From NCBI GenBank assembly GCA_951406725.2, contig OX597815.1:124496001-124560000 (forward strand): a stretch of DNA of 64,000 nt. The letters run 5' to 3'. This stretch comes from Octopus vulgaris. Taxonomy: Eukaryota. The translations under genes and the position numbers were made by a program. The notes below the pieces were generated by a model, which worked only from the letters and a program-made list of their open reading frames with translations, was not told the origin of the DNA and made no database searches. How positions within the stretch are numbered: the first letter of the stretch is position 1; each line of letters starts with the position of its first letter. This document shows positions 25,705-39,242 of this stretch, one piece after another.

Positions 25705-26046
25705 ATGTATATAAAAAAGAATGCAAAAAATGGGACAAGAGCGCAACAGGCGACAACAAAACATCCAGACAGTTAGATGATACAAAAAGGGACAAGAAAA
25801 ACAAGGACGGGTCATTCGGAGTTTTCTTCTCTCAGTCGAGTTCAAGATCATCTTTGCAGTTTCGGCTGGTTATACTCGAAACTGCTCCAATCTGGCCACC
25901 CCCAAGGAAAAGCTAAGAGCACTAGATTCCTTGGAAGAAAGCAGCAAATGTATACGAAAACAAGGACGTATAAAAACCGGAGAAAGAGTATACAAATACA
26001 AATGCAAACAAAAGACATTAAGAACAGGTGCCTTTCTTGATTCGAC
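25705..26046. repeat. Unclassified interspersed repeat; second copy at 56159-56575 in the opposite orientation
   Basis: Shared CTCCAATCTGGCCA, AAGGAAAA.CTAAGAGCA, ATGTATACGAAA.CAAGGACG blocks. Confidence 0.7.
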
Positions 26047-26103
26047 TACCATCCGTGCACCATCTATATTCCTTCCCATGCCAGTCATCTCTTCTGTCTC
26101 TGA

Positions 26104-26268
26104 TACTTATTCTATCGGTCTCTTTTGCCTGAGGACGTAACCACACCAATATCTGCTGTCCAGCGATGGTAGGGAGACAAACTCAGACACAAAAGCACAC
26201 GCGTAGGTATAGACACACACACACACACAGAGGTACACACAGAGGTACACACACACACACACACACAC

Positions 26269-26304
<36 letters not shown>

Positions 26305-26327
26305 GTGATAAATAATATATCTATCTA

Positions 26328-26366
<39 letters not shown>

Positions 26367-26512
26367 CGGGCTTCTTTCAGTTTCCGTTTACTAAATCCAC
26401 TCATAAAGTTTTGGTCGGCCGGAGGCTATAGCAGAAGACGCTTGCCGAAGGTGCCACGTAGTGGGACTGAACCTGGAATCATGTGGTTGGGAAGCAAGCT
26501 TCTTGCCACACA
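26104..26512 (-). mobile_element. SINE family A copy
   Basis: Same blocks as 181-640. Confidence 0.75.
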
Positions 26513-27204
26513 TATTTATGTATGTATGTATGTATGTATATTTGATATGTATGTGTCTATGTATGCATATTGATAGTAACTTCAAAGCTTCAGCTTGCTT
26601 TGTTTTCATCGGAAAAGGCCTAAACGTCAAGACCATTCTCAACACTATTCTTGTTCAGGAATAATAAATATGCATGTAGATACGTACATACGTATACACA
26701 ACAAGCTTCTGCACCTTTTCTCTCAACCGAATTCATTCAAAGGTCATTTGTCAGCCCGAGGCTGTAGTAGAAGCCTTTTGTCCTAGATGCTATGTAATTG
26801 GATTGTGTCTGAGTGTACATACTCTCAAGATATATATATATGAACATACCTGCATACATACATACATACATACATACATACGCAGCAAGCTTCTGAACAT
26901 CGCCCTCCACCAAATTGTCCTACACGAAAAAAAAAAATAAATAAAAACTGTCACTGACCAATTTATAAGATAGCATCAACATTGCCCTGTGTTAAGTTTT
27001 ATCAATAATGCATTGTTGATAAAACTTAACATAGAGACAAGATATTTCCGAAAGGTGACTGTGTTTATGACATGGATTAGTGAATAATCGAAGAAAACAA
27101 TCAATCTATTGAAATGTATCTGTTGATCACAACGTAGCTTTCATCTGTTGCAAATCTTGTTGTCATTGTATTACTATTATTATTATTAGTAGTAGTAGTT
27201 GCAG

Positions 27205-27355
27205 TTCTTCTTCTTCTTCTTCTTCTTCTTCTTCTTCTTCTTCTTCTTCTTCTTCTTCTTCTTCTTCTTCTTCTTCTTCTTCTTCTTCTTCTTCTTCTTC
27301 TTCTTCTTCTTCTTCTTCTTCTTCTTCTTCTTCTTCTTCTTCTTCTTCTTCTTCA
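27205..27355. repeat. (TTC)n microsatellite
   Basis: Direct reading. Confidence 0.95.
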
Positions 27356-28379
27356 TCCTTAATCAATCATGTGGTGTCTTTTTAAATTCCCCCTCCTGCC
27401 TCTCATAATTCTTTGTTAGTACACATGCACGCACGCTCGCACACACACATGTACACACATATATATCTTTAACAGCAGGGCATATATTATTCTCACGTCA
27501 TATGACCCTGACGAGATGTTCATCCGAGCATCTGGTGAGTGTCAGGTGAAAGATGTGAACCGGATATAAACCTAACTCTTCAGCTAATCAGCTATGAGCA
27601 GAAAAATAAACTGTTTAGTTAAACCAACACACATAAACACCATCACACCCACACATGGATGGACACACGTAAATGATTAGCTGGATAGAATTGTTTCGGA
27701 GCAAATCAAGAAATATATCCTTTTATTGAATTAATATTTATAGGCATGCCTATATGATTAAGAAGTCTACTTCGCAGCCAGGGATTTTGTGTTCAATCCC
27801 ATGATGTAGCCTCTTGAGCAAAAGTCTTCTACTACAGCCTCGGGCTGACAAATGCCCTTTGAATGAATTTGGGTGAGAGAAAAGGTGCAGAATGTATACG
27901 TATGTACGTACCTACATACATATCTATTATTCATGAACATGAATAGTGTTGAGAATGATCTCGACGTTTAGGCCTTCATAGATTTCAAAAACAGCCCAAT
28001 GAAAGCAAGGCAGGCTGAAGCTTTGGAGTCGCTTTCAATACTGTTCTTGTAGAAAAATATATATGTTATCCACAAATTCCATTCACTATTTGTTCAATGT
28101 AAAATTGTTTGGAGCTTAGTGTGTTTGTCTGTGTGTGCATGTGCCTGTGTGAGTGTGTGTGTTTGTGTGTGTGTGTGTGTGTGTCTGTTTGTGTATGTGT
28201 GTGTGTGTGTGTGTGTGTCTGTTTGTGTATGTGTGTGTGTGTGTGTGTGTGTCTGTTTGTGTATGTGTGTGTGTGTGTTACTGTTTGTTTCTAATTGAAG
28301 TTAGAAAACAAATTTAACATTTAACTAAGGGCTTACTAAATACTTTATAAATAAAATGCATATTCATTAACTCACAACT

Positions 28380-29590
28380 CACAACTTGCTCTTGTTTTTT
28401 TTCTGTGGAAAGTTTACAATGCCATGATACTCAATTGTATCCAGCCGGAGATCGCAAAAATCCTTGTGCGAGTAACCTGAAAGCAATCCTCCTATTTGCT
28501 GACTTTTCTAGGGCCTTTGGCTCGATACACAGAAGAAAAACTGGAAGATATACTTCATGCATATAGTACCCTAAAGGAAACTATTAATTCCATCATGATG
28601 TTGTATAGAAATACCCAGTCTATACTCATCATCCAGATGGTGATACAGTTTTTTGACATAGCGGCTGGTATCCCCCAGGGTGGCATCTTGGCACCCTACC
28701 TGTTCATTATATGTAAAGATTATGTTCTACGTACCTATGTAGATGAAACGAAAGATAAAGGATTCACTCTTCAACCAACCAAAAGCAGACGTTTTCCAGC
28801 TGTGACTAGTACAGATGCTGACTACCCTGATGACTTGGCGCTACTATCAGTAAAAATTTGTGATACAAAGTCTCCCCTGAACAGCATTGAAACTGCTGCT
28901 AAAGGTGTTGGTCTCTACATCAACTCGGACGTGACAGAATATATATATGATGCACATGCCAGAGCGGCAACCTTAACTCCGCATCTGGAAAATCCTTGAA
29001 AAATTTTGGCGAATTCACATACTGCGGAAGTAAAAGCGCAAAGGAAGATCTGTCTACAAGTGACGTTCATGTCTGAATCGGCAAAGCCTGGGCAGCTTTA
29101 CATAAATTATCGACAGTCTGGAAATCTAAGCTGCCATTAAATTTGAAACGTAATTTCTTTCAGGTAGTTTTGCTGTCAGTTCTGCTATAAGGTTGTACAA
29201 CATGAACTCGAAACAATGTGTCTTGAAAAGAAAATTAACGGAACTTATACAAGAATGCTTCGAGCTGCTCTAGGCATCTGGAGGTAACACCCTACAAAAG
29301 AACATCTGTATGGTAATTTACCGGTAATATCACACTTCATAAGAGAAAAAGACAAAATTTGATGGACATTGCTGAGGAGCTATGGGGGAGATCATCAGTG
29401 ACGTTCTTCTTTAGGAGCCGAAATATAGTTATACAAATAATGGTCGACGTCATCGAACCTAAATAAAACAATTGTGCGAGGATTCCAAGTGCACCCAAGA
29501 AGACATACCACGTGCAATAGCAGACCGAATAGACTGGAAAGAACGAGTCACGACAATCCGTGCAATAAGCATGAGCCAAACTGATGACAG
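28380..29590 (+). pseudogene. Decayed RTE-group (RTEX-like) LINE reverse transcriptase and 3' end
   Basis: GIPQGGILAPYLFII..DYVLR..SRRFPA..DADYPDDLALLS..GLYIN; downstream FTYCGS, IGKAWAA, NGTYTRMLR. Confidence 0.8.
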
Positions 29591-30460
29591 CTCGCAAGAC
29601 ACAACTTAGAAGTCACTGTTAAACTTTTCCTTCGAAGCCACAATGACTGTCGGATATGCCAAAACAAAAAGTAGAAAAATTAATTCAATCAGAAACGAGA
29701 CTTGTAAATCATAGAGAAGTTGCTCTGCTTATTACAATATAACTTATACAGCCTGCTATTTAATAGTAGTGTGAAGAGATACACAAGTTTCTAGATTAAA
29801 ACGGAAGACAACAAACCAAATCCAACATCTATATTTGTTACTAAGAGTTCTATTGATACTCTCCGTGTTGTATAACTGCCGGGACAGAGCCAACTAGAAC
29901 TACTTAACAACAGCGATAATGACGACAGCGACGATAACGACCATGATAATAAACAATAACAAATTTTTAGGACATTAGAAAACAGCCATATTTTAGATCA
30001 TTTGTCTGCCAGTACAGAATAAAATTTAAAAATACTTTGAATCATATCAGAACACGAATAAACTACTATGACAGTTGTTTTATTTACCCGTAAGTTAAAT
30101 CTCTTCAAGCTGACCAATGATCAAAAGGCATTCCAGCCTTGACTATTCGGACTTCGTTTTCAACAAGTGTATCGTAGACTACATAACTGAATCTAGGTCG
30201 GTGGATTGTTGGAATATATTAGAGCGCCGGACGAGATATTTCTCAGTATATACTCTACCACTTTGCCTTCTGACAGTAACAATCGCGACTACAATAATGC
30301 AAAGTTATATCGGCTCTTGCCTTACTTTTCTATTCCCTTGGAAAACATCAGTAACGCAGAGAAAGAGAGAGAGGGGGAGAGAGAGAGAAGAGAGAAAGAG
30401 AGAGAGAGAAGAGAGAAAGAGAGAGAGGGATACGGAGAGGGAGAGAGAGAGAGAAAGAGA

Positions 30461-30521
<61 letters not shown>

Positions 30522-31043
30522 CGAGAGAACATACATGTATAGGCAACTGCTGTTCTGATACAAAATAGACCTTGCTCAAGTCAGCGCAGAAGATGCTGAC
30601 GCATAGTCAAACATGACCAGCAGAGGTCGTAGATCGAATGTGTTCTGTTTTAAAACAATAGGCTATGTTTTACGGGAACTTTGGCAGCTTTCTGGCAGGT
30701 CGAGCTACTACATTAAGGTTCTTACCTCTCTTAGAAATATCAAGAGAAATACAATGACGATTATGGAACGGGAAGGGGAGCTATTTAACTGAGTAGTAAA
30801 TTGTTGAAATAATAAATTTGATTAAAGAATACAGATTCATTTAAGAGCAATAAACAGAATAAAAGGAGTATGAAATATTAAGAAACTTGAAACTAATAAG
30901 ATTATTTGTCTAATTATATTCTGCCTAGTTTCTTAGCCTAATGTTCTATCACGATGCTGGCGAGGTTAGAATGATGGATTCTTATTCAAAGCTAGCTTGG
31001 ATGATGAAATATTTTCTATTTACTTAGCTCGATCCTGGAAAAC

Positions 31044-31102
<59 letters not shown>

Positions 31103-31779
31103 CCACTAACTCTTTTAAAGGAAGTCGGAGAAGCCTATAACATCAGTAATATCATTAACATCGGGACCCAGTTTGATACAGTCCCTTGGGAAGCACGAAA
31201 AACGGAACACAGTGGCCCAACTTCATTATTTGTCTCGCAACACCATCATGGGAGCAGATAAACAGTAACATTTTTTTTCTCCAAAGTATATAAAAGAATT
31301 ATAGTTTAATATCTGTATTTATTTTGATAAATATCGTTTGCTTTTTTCTTTTTTCAATGCTTTCTTTTATTCATTTCTCTTATATTCCAGAATCGTCTTT
31401 CACAGAAAGTGGAATATATGTATACACGCGCAAGCTCACATACATATACATATGCACGCACTTACATACACGCATAGAAATACATATACATTCGTAATCT
31501 ATGGGTGTCACTTTAACATGACACACCCATATCCCTACAAGCCTGACAGTGGTAAGGGTATGAAGGCTATGTTGTTTGCAGTCACACGATATTTTGGTGA
31601 TTAAAAAACTCTTATTTGATTCGTTGGTTAACCATGTGGCTATTTGTTACACAATCTTGCGCAATATTTTCTCACGATTTCTCAATGAATGACATCATTA
31701 TCATCTTACACAGAGGTGCAAGGTTCGACTGCTATGGAACTGTTCAGTGAAAAGGAAAAAATATCATCATCACCATCAC

Positions 31780-31820
<41 letters not shown>

Positions 31821-32039
31821 ATTGAATAATCGGTCTGTATATCCCAACCAGCATCATGCCATTTCCATGTATTTATGTATGTGTTTTGTTCAAATTGTAC
31901 TGATACCAATGGTCCTGTCGTTTGCTGTATGAAGTACCAGTAATTTTATAGTAATCCACTGATTTCTTTACAAAAATCTAGTCTGGTGATAACGCTATCA
32001 TCATCATCATCATCATCATCGCTGTCGTCGTTGTTGTAA

Positions 32040-32256
32040 TTCTTTTGTAACACAATGTAGGTAAAAATGCACCGGAGTCTTTAGTCATCTGTCGAGTCAC
32101 AACAAAGACCTCAGACAGCTAATAATTTCTTTAAGATGTGCACTGTGCGCAATAAGGCTGCTTTTTGCAAGACATTAATCTTGCATGAGATTTCCAGTTG
32201 CCTTAAGAAGTTTTGAAGTTTCAATGGGATTGAGCCCAACACTCCGATCACCACTG

Positions 32257-32260
<4 letters not shown>
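32040..32260 (-). mobile_element. 3' fragment of a second R4-like (RLE) LINE family
   Basis: IPVVIGVLGSIPLKLQ..LQKAALL..VHIL; homologous to 63710-63870; abuts (TAT)n. Confidence 0.65.
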
Positions 32261-32299
<39 letters not shown>

Positions 32300-32329
32300 A
32301 ATTATTATTATTATTTTTTTTATTATTAT

Positions 32330-32637
32330 TATTCAGTAGTTTTATTTTTATTTTTATAGCGTGCTTTCACTTCACTACCGAGCGCAGCTCTGTGTGCCTT
32401 GGGTATGTGCTGTGATTTGTTGTGATGCTCTGATGGTTATTGTATGGAAAGTGTTCTGCGTAGGATGTGTGCAGTGCCTAGTAGTGCAATTTTCTGTATG
32501 TTATATGTGTTTGTAAGTCCTGGTGTTTTTGTTATGTATTTGTCTGAATATTTTTTTATCATGCCTAATGCACCTACTATGATAGGAATTGTTTCTGTTT
32601 TCAGATTCCACATTCTAGTTACCTCTATTTCCAGGTC

Positions 32638-32638
<1 letters not shown>
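32330..32638 (-). mobile_element. Short 5'-truncated copy of the Dong/R4 element
   Basis: Near-identical to 22134-22435; (TAT)n on both sides. Confidence 0.9.
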
Positions 32639-32735
<97 letters not shown>

Positions 32736-32747
32736 GTTATTATTATT

Positions 32748-33288
32748 GAATGTGAGAGCATTGCATGTTATTAAACTGACACTGTGATACAAATATACAA
32801 AGCTCAATATACTCTTCATGGCTACCTGTCTGATAAGGGTTCTCCAGGGACATGCATGACAACCATATATGCGCGACATGGTGATCTCATATTAAGATAA
32901 GCAGCACATGATCTTGCAGGTGGGGCCCAGTTAGAAATTTCTTCACGCCGAGTGACCATCCTGCTCAAAAGTTCCCTGAATAAGGCTTGTTTAAGGATAT
33001 TGAACGAAACACTCATGTTTTCAGAGGTGAATTATCCAAACCCCAAAGAATTCTTCTCAACACATGGCTATAATGCGTCCCCATTACTTCTGCTCGTGAT
33101 CAGAGATGCACATAACATCAGCCACTAAAGGACATGCTCAACGGGTCAAGGTCAAGCAACTGTAGTATTGAGCAGAATATTTTGCTGTAGATCTTCTTTT
33201 ATACCAAGATAAAACATGTACATAATACTTACAATCAGTAAAGATCAGAAGCCATGAGAGCAAGTGCCAGGTACTACTTCAGGGCATC
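32748..33288. repeat. Probable unclassified interspersed repeat bounded by (TAT)n and (CAT)n
   Basis: Complex block with sharp microsatellite boundaries inside a TE cluster; single copy in window. Confidence 0.35.
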
Positions 33289-33315
33289 ATCATCATCATC
33301 ATCATTATTGTTATT

Positions 33316-33951
33316 GAGGCGGCGAGCTGGCAGAAACGTTACCGCGCCGGCCAAAATGTTTTGTGGCCTTTCGTTCGTCTTTACATTCTGAGTTCAAATT
33401 CCGCCGACATCAATTTCGTCTTTCATCATTTCGAGGTCGATGAAATAAGAACCACTTACAAACTGGTGTCGGACTGCCGCCTTCCCCAAATTTCAGGATT
33501 TGTGCCTATAGTAGAAAGGATTATTATTATTATTGAGGCGGCGAGCCGGCAGAATCGTTAGCATGTCTGGCAAAATGCTTAGCAGTATTTCGTCTGCCGT
33601 TACGTTCTTAGTTCAAATTCCGCCGCGGTGAACTTTGCCTTTCATCCTTTCGGGGTCGATAAATTAAGTATAAGTTACGCACTGGGGTCGATATAATCGA
33701 CTTAATCCATCTGTCTGTCCTTGTTTGTCTCCTCTGTGTTTAGCACCTTGTGGGTAGTAAAGAAATGGGTATTTCGTCTGCCGCTACGTTCTGAGTTCAA
33801 ATTCCGCCGAGGTCGACTTTGCTTTTCATCCTTTCGAGGTCGATAAATTAGGTATCAATGGGGTCAAAGTGATAGACTAGTCCCTTACTCCATAATTTCA
33901 AGCCTTGTTCCAGTAGTAGAAAGGGTTATTATTATTATTCATACTATTAAT

Positions 33952-34002
<51 letters not shown>

Positions 34003-34160
34003 GTGGTGGTTTAACAAAATCGTCAGTGTCGGAAAAACTTCTTTGCGGTATTAGCTCCATCTCTATATATTCTGTGTTCAAATCTCACCGAGGTCAACAT
34101 TACCCTCCATCCTTCCTGGGTCGAGAAAATAAAGTACGAGTCAAGTACTAGGTTTAATGT
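33316..34160 (+). mobile_element. Cluster of SINE family B copies
   Basis: Repeated GAGGCGGCGAGCTGGCAGAA...TTCTGAGTTCAAATTCCGCCGAGGTCGACTTTGC...GGTCGATAAA units separated by (TAT)n/(TAG)n. Confidence 0.8.
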
Positions 34161-35212
34161 TATTTGAAGACAATGTTGCTGGACTTGAACTTAAAATAGA
34201 AATCAATATTTTGGAGTAGTAGTAGTAGCATTAGTAGAGGTTGTAATAGTAGTGGTAATGGTGGTGGTGGTGATTGTGGCAGTAGTTGTAGTAGTAGTGT
34301 TAATGGTGGTGGTGGTGGTGGTGGAGTAGTAGTAGTAGTAGTAGCAGTAGTAGTTTCAACAGAGGTGTTTACTGTAGTGACAGAGAATTTAAATGTGATA
34401 GTAGGGATGACAAAACATGAGGAGCTAGGAAGAGAAGGCACAGACAAAAGGAGGTGAGCTAACCTAATTTATGTTTACTTCCAGCAATTCTAGGAGCCAT
34501 AAATACCATCTATAACCAATTGAGGCTCCATGTAGCTTGAGTCAAAACCAATCGAAACACAATCGTTATACTCACACAAACGCACAAACACATACACATA
34601 TATAAATTTATATACATACATATTGTTTCCTATTAAGTAGGAAAGTGACAGTCAGCGCCTTTGAATCATTTTTTAAATATACTTTCAGGGCTACCGAGAC
34701 TTCTGGGAAGGAGAGAATAAATTATTTTTTAAATGGGAGACTATCCAAATACTTGAAACAGACTGTACTCCCACTTAAGTCACCCAAGGGCAGATAGTGT
34801 TTGGCATTAAACTGAGCAACGGAATAGGTCTACCACCTAAGAAGTCACAATACTGAGAGCCGAAACAAATTATTCGAAGTATATATTCCAGCGCTTTTAC
34901 AATTCCGATGTCTAAGACGAGTCTTTCAGTATATTGACTTCAAATCGATAAAAACGTTGCATTTCCATTCAGACCACTGAAACAAATGTCGCAAGAAAGT
35001 TTATTTTACGTATTCCGACTCTTTCAGTTAACGTGATTCACGTATAACAGGCATGCATGTATAAATACATACATATATATGTATGTGTATACATTTGTTT
35101 ATGTGTGTATGTATATGTATGCATCTATATTTGTGTGTGTGTGCACTCATGTATACATATATATGTATACATGAGTGCACACACACATAAACAAATGTAT
35201 ACACATACATAC

Positions 35213-35243
<31 letters not shown>

Positions 35244-36008
35244 TGTATGTATGTATACATGCATGCCTATATATATATATATGCCTATATATATATATAT
35301 ATAAATTCATATGTATATACAGATAATTGTGCATACTTATACACATATATGCATGTATGTATAATTGTATAGTTATATATTTGTCCTCTATATCTAATCA
35401 ACAATCTTCAGCAAGCTTTACTTAGATATTGTTACATAAATTTTAATAGAAATTTGAAAACCGAGAAATGGAAAATAATTAGAAACGTGGACAACTGAAA
35501 TAAATAAATGAATAATAAATTTATCTTAGAGCAGAACAAAAGATAATAGACTCCCCCTACCACCACAAAAAATATGAAAAGTCACGAGGGGAAAATTATA
35601 TAAAAATATGTAAGTTGGCGTGTATTTATGTGCGCCTCTTTACATGTATGTTTATATATAATATAGGCATGAATGCGTTGTGTATGTTTAAGTCTCATGT
35701 TAGTAGAGAAGGACCAATGGTAATCTATCTGCGAACCCTCCCAAACTGATGATATGCGGCTAATGTCTAACTTGAACATCTGTAGATTCAATGCTTTTGG
35801 TTGAAAACCTTGAGCAGGATCAGTATTCCAAAAGACTGCACTTTTGAATATGAAGAATGGACGAAGTTCTTCGTGGGATTTTTCGTGAGACGAGTTTCAA
35901 TAAAGCGCAGGATGAAAGAGCTACAAGTGGTTTGTGTGTATCTGGCTGGATAGGGTATGCAGCTACTTGGTTCGCATTAGATGAGCGGATACTTTTGTAA
36001 GAGTGATA

Positions 36009-36059
<51 letters not shown>

Positions 36060-36613
36060 GAGAGAGGAGAGAGGTGGTGAGAGAGACTGACAGAGTGAGT
36101 CAGGCAACAGAGAGAATGAGATAAATTACATAGATAGATAGATAGATAGATAGATGAGAGAGAGAGAAAGAGAGAGTGAGAAAGTGTGAGAGAGTGTGTG
36201 AACAAGAGAGAAAGAGAGTGGGAAAATAGTGTGCCTGATATTATTTGTAGTATGTTGGTGTATGCAGTCGATGACAATCAGTGAATGTCCTTCTTTTGAA
36301 TCTGACATTGCTGGAACTGTCATGTACAGGGATAGTCAATCTTTTGAAGGTGATCGTTTACAAACGTTTCCATGTTTGAGACGCTGCAAATGAGAGTAAT
36401 AAGTCGAGTTGACAGTGTCAGAGAGTTGGATACACTATGAGGTGTTTCTGAAGATTGCGATATATCCATTGTAGCGGGAAATAGAAAGATTGAAAAGTTT
36501 CTTGAAAGTATGGGTTAACTATAGTATTCACTGCTTGAATATTATATACGGGTCAGTTAGAACAGCTTATCTTCTTTGATTGGAGGAAACAATGAATGCG
36601 TGTTTGTTTTTGT

Positions 36614-36650
<37 letters not shown>

Positions 36651-37590
36651 ACAGGCGCGTGTTTGTATGTGCGTTTGTGTTTGTGTGTGTGTGTGACTAA
36701 CTAAACCATGAACTTCGAACAGTTATTTAAGAGTTAAGTAAACAAATTCACCATAAAATGTCTCAATAGTTTCTGTGCTTTTCTTACCAATAATACATAT
36801 TAGCATTAAATATCATCCACCCACTACAGACTATTATTGTGCGTACATACACAAGCAAATATATATTTTCGAAATGCAATGTAATCAGTTAAATGTGATT
36901 CAGAATATCAGACCATGATACATTTACTTTCCAATTTGTTTCAGATTGTAGTTTTAATGATAGACATGAAAAACACGCTATATTGTACAATAGAATACGG
37001 TGTATCTAATTTAATCCACACACAGTGTGTGTGTGTGTATGTATGTGTGTGTGCGTGTATGTGCGTGTGTGTGTGTGTGCGTGTGGGTGTGCGTGTGTGT
37101 GTGTGTGTGTGAGTATTTGTGTGTGTGTCTGTGTGTGAGTGTGAATTTGATTAAATACACGGGACAGTTGTGAGGAAATGTCTTTTAAATAATCTCTCTC
37201 TACTGGAATCTCATTATCAACTGAGCTTTCGCTTTTAAGAGTCAACGGGCACATGCTATATATATATATATATAGTCACTAACTTGAATAAACCGATTAG
37301 CATAAATAATGCATTCATAGAAGCTATTTCGATTAATAAATTACTGATGCGTTAAGTAGTATTTTGCTTTGTTTTGAATAAATTTAAGATTCTAACCAAG
37401 ATACGTGTGTAAATTAAACAAAAATATGAACACTGGCAACTGTAAACAACTGTCTTTTATACAACCTCTTCACCTAAATTATAAGAAGCTTAACGCGTCA
37501 GCAATTTAGAAAAGCAAAATGATTTACACGCAACAAAGCAATTGATTTCACGTAAAAATCACTAGTATGTATGCTCTGGATTAATGTGTA

Positions 37591-37644
<54 letters not shown>

Positions 37645-37781
37645 ATATACATACACATATATATGTGAATATATGATATATACATATATGTATGTATATA
37701 TATATGTATATATATATATTAGTAGAAATATTAAAATTACTAAGTCTCTCTAAAAGAGAACAACGGCAGCGTTCCCGGAAA

Positions 37782-38014
37782 ATAATAGTTATCGCCATAC
37801 TAATATGGCATTCTAATAAAAATAAGAATAAAGCTGTCCGCTTATTAGCTCCATGAGGCCATCGCCTTAAGTTAGCTATTTGATACACAAACTGTATCCA
37901 TATAACCTTCGAACAAATAGCTAACTTAAGGCGATGGCCTCATGGAGCTAATAAGCGGACAGCTTTATTCTTATTTTTATAAGAATGCCATATTAGTATG
38001 GCGATAACTATTAT
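37782..38014. repeat. Near-perfect inverted repeat, 101-bp arms, 31-nt spacer
   Basis: 37782-37882 versus 37914-38014; (TA)n tracts nearby on both sides. Confidence 0.9.
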
Positions 38015-38037
38015 ATATATATATATATATATATACA

Positions 38038-38115
<78 letters not shown>

Positions 38116-38325
38116 CATACATACATACATACATTGATACTGTGTGGACTAAGATCCACATTGACAGGCCACTAAGATCCCCCGTTGACAGGTGTTTATA
38201 AAGTGTTAAACACTTTCGGTATGTAAATTAGGGATTCCTTCGTAGAGTAACTGCCAGATTTGTTGAGTATATAAACATAAAGTTTGACTGCTTGTTCCTG
38301 TGGTGACTGTCAGAATGATGTAGAC

Positions 38326-38368
38326 GCCTCTGATGAGAACCCAATAAGTTTCGAAAATCGATTAAGGT
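38326..38368 (+). ncRNA. Type I hammerhead ribozyme (family 5)
   Basis: GCCT-CTGATGA-GAAC-CCAATAA-GTTTC-GAA-AATCGATT-A-AGGT; palindromic stem III, UUA site; TATATAAA about 55 nt upstream. Confidence 0.65.
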
Positions 38369-38460
38369 AGTTCGTTATTTTTTTATCAGTGTCCAGAGAA
38401 ATGGCTAAAATTTGCCCTGTTTATAATTATACCATACGTTACACACACACACACACACAC

Positions 38461-38506
<46 letters not shown>

Positions 38507-38508
38507 CG

Positions 38509-38544
<36 letters not shown>

Positions 38545-38651
38545 ACACATCTAACACACACACATCACACACACACGCACACACACACACATATATATAT
38601 ATAGCAAAGAAGATGTATATGAAGTTATTCTCCTTATTTTTAATATTGTAC

Positions 38652-38726
<75 letters not shown>

Positions 38727-38728
<2 letters not shown>

Positions 38729-39030
38729 CGCATGGCTCAGTGGTTAGAGCGTCGAGCTTACGATCGTGAGGTTGTGAGCTCGAATCCCGGACCGGGCTGC
38801 GTGTTGTGTTCTTGAGCAAGACACTTTATTTCACGTTGCTCCAGTTCACTCAGCTGTAGAAATGAGTTGCGACGTCACTGGTGCCAAGCTGTATCGACCT
38901 TTGTCTTTCCCTTGGATAACACTGGTGGTGTGGAGAGGGGAGGCCGGTATGCATGGGCGACTACTGGTCTTCCATAAAACAACCTTGCCCAGACTTGTGC
39001 CTCAGAGGGTAACTCTCTAGGTGCAAACCC
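38727..39030 (+). mobile_element. Well-preserved tRNA-derived SINE, family C
   Basis: A box TGGCTCAGTGG, B-box-like GCTCGAATCC, CORE-like CTTGAGCAAGACACTT...CAGCTGTAGAAATGAG body; (TA)n on both sides. Confidence 0.85.
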
Positions 39031-39242
39031 ATATATATATATATCTTAATCTGAGTTTGGAGGGATATATTATTCAGGCGGATACCGTGGTAGCTCTCAG
39101 TTATGTTCCAGGTTACTGCTAACCGCATCGATTAGTATTCAACATTTATGTCTACTATGTGTTGCCACTCACGCTGTAAAGATTCTTTGATGGGTAATTC
39201 CGTGTTCGCTTCACTGGAAGGTAATAGTATCTGGAGTGCATA

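Noticed and set aside
38727-38800. tRNA gene
   Set aside because: Runs into a SINE body with no terminator; related decayed copies exist
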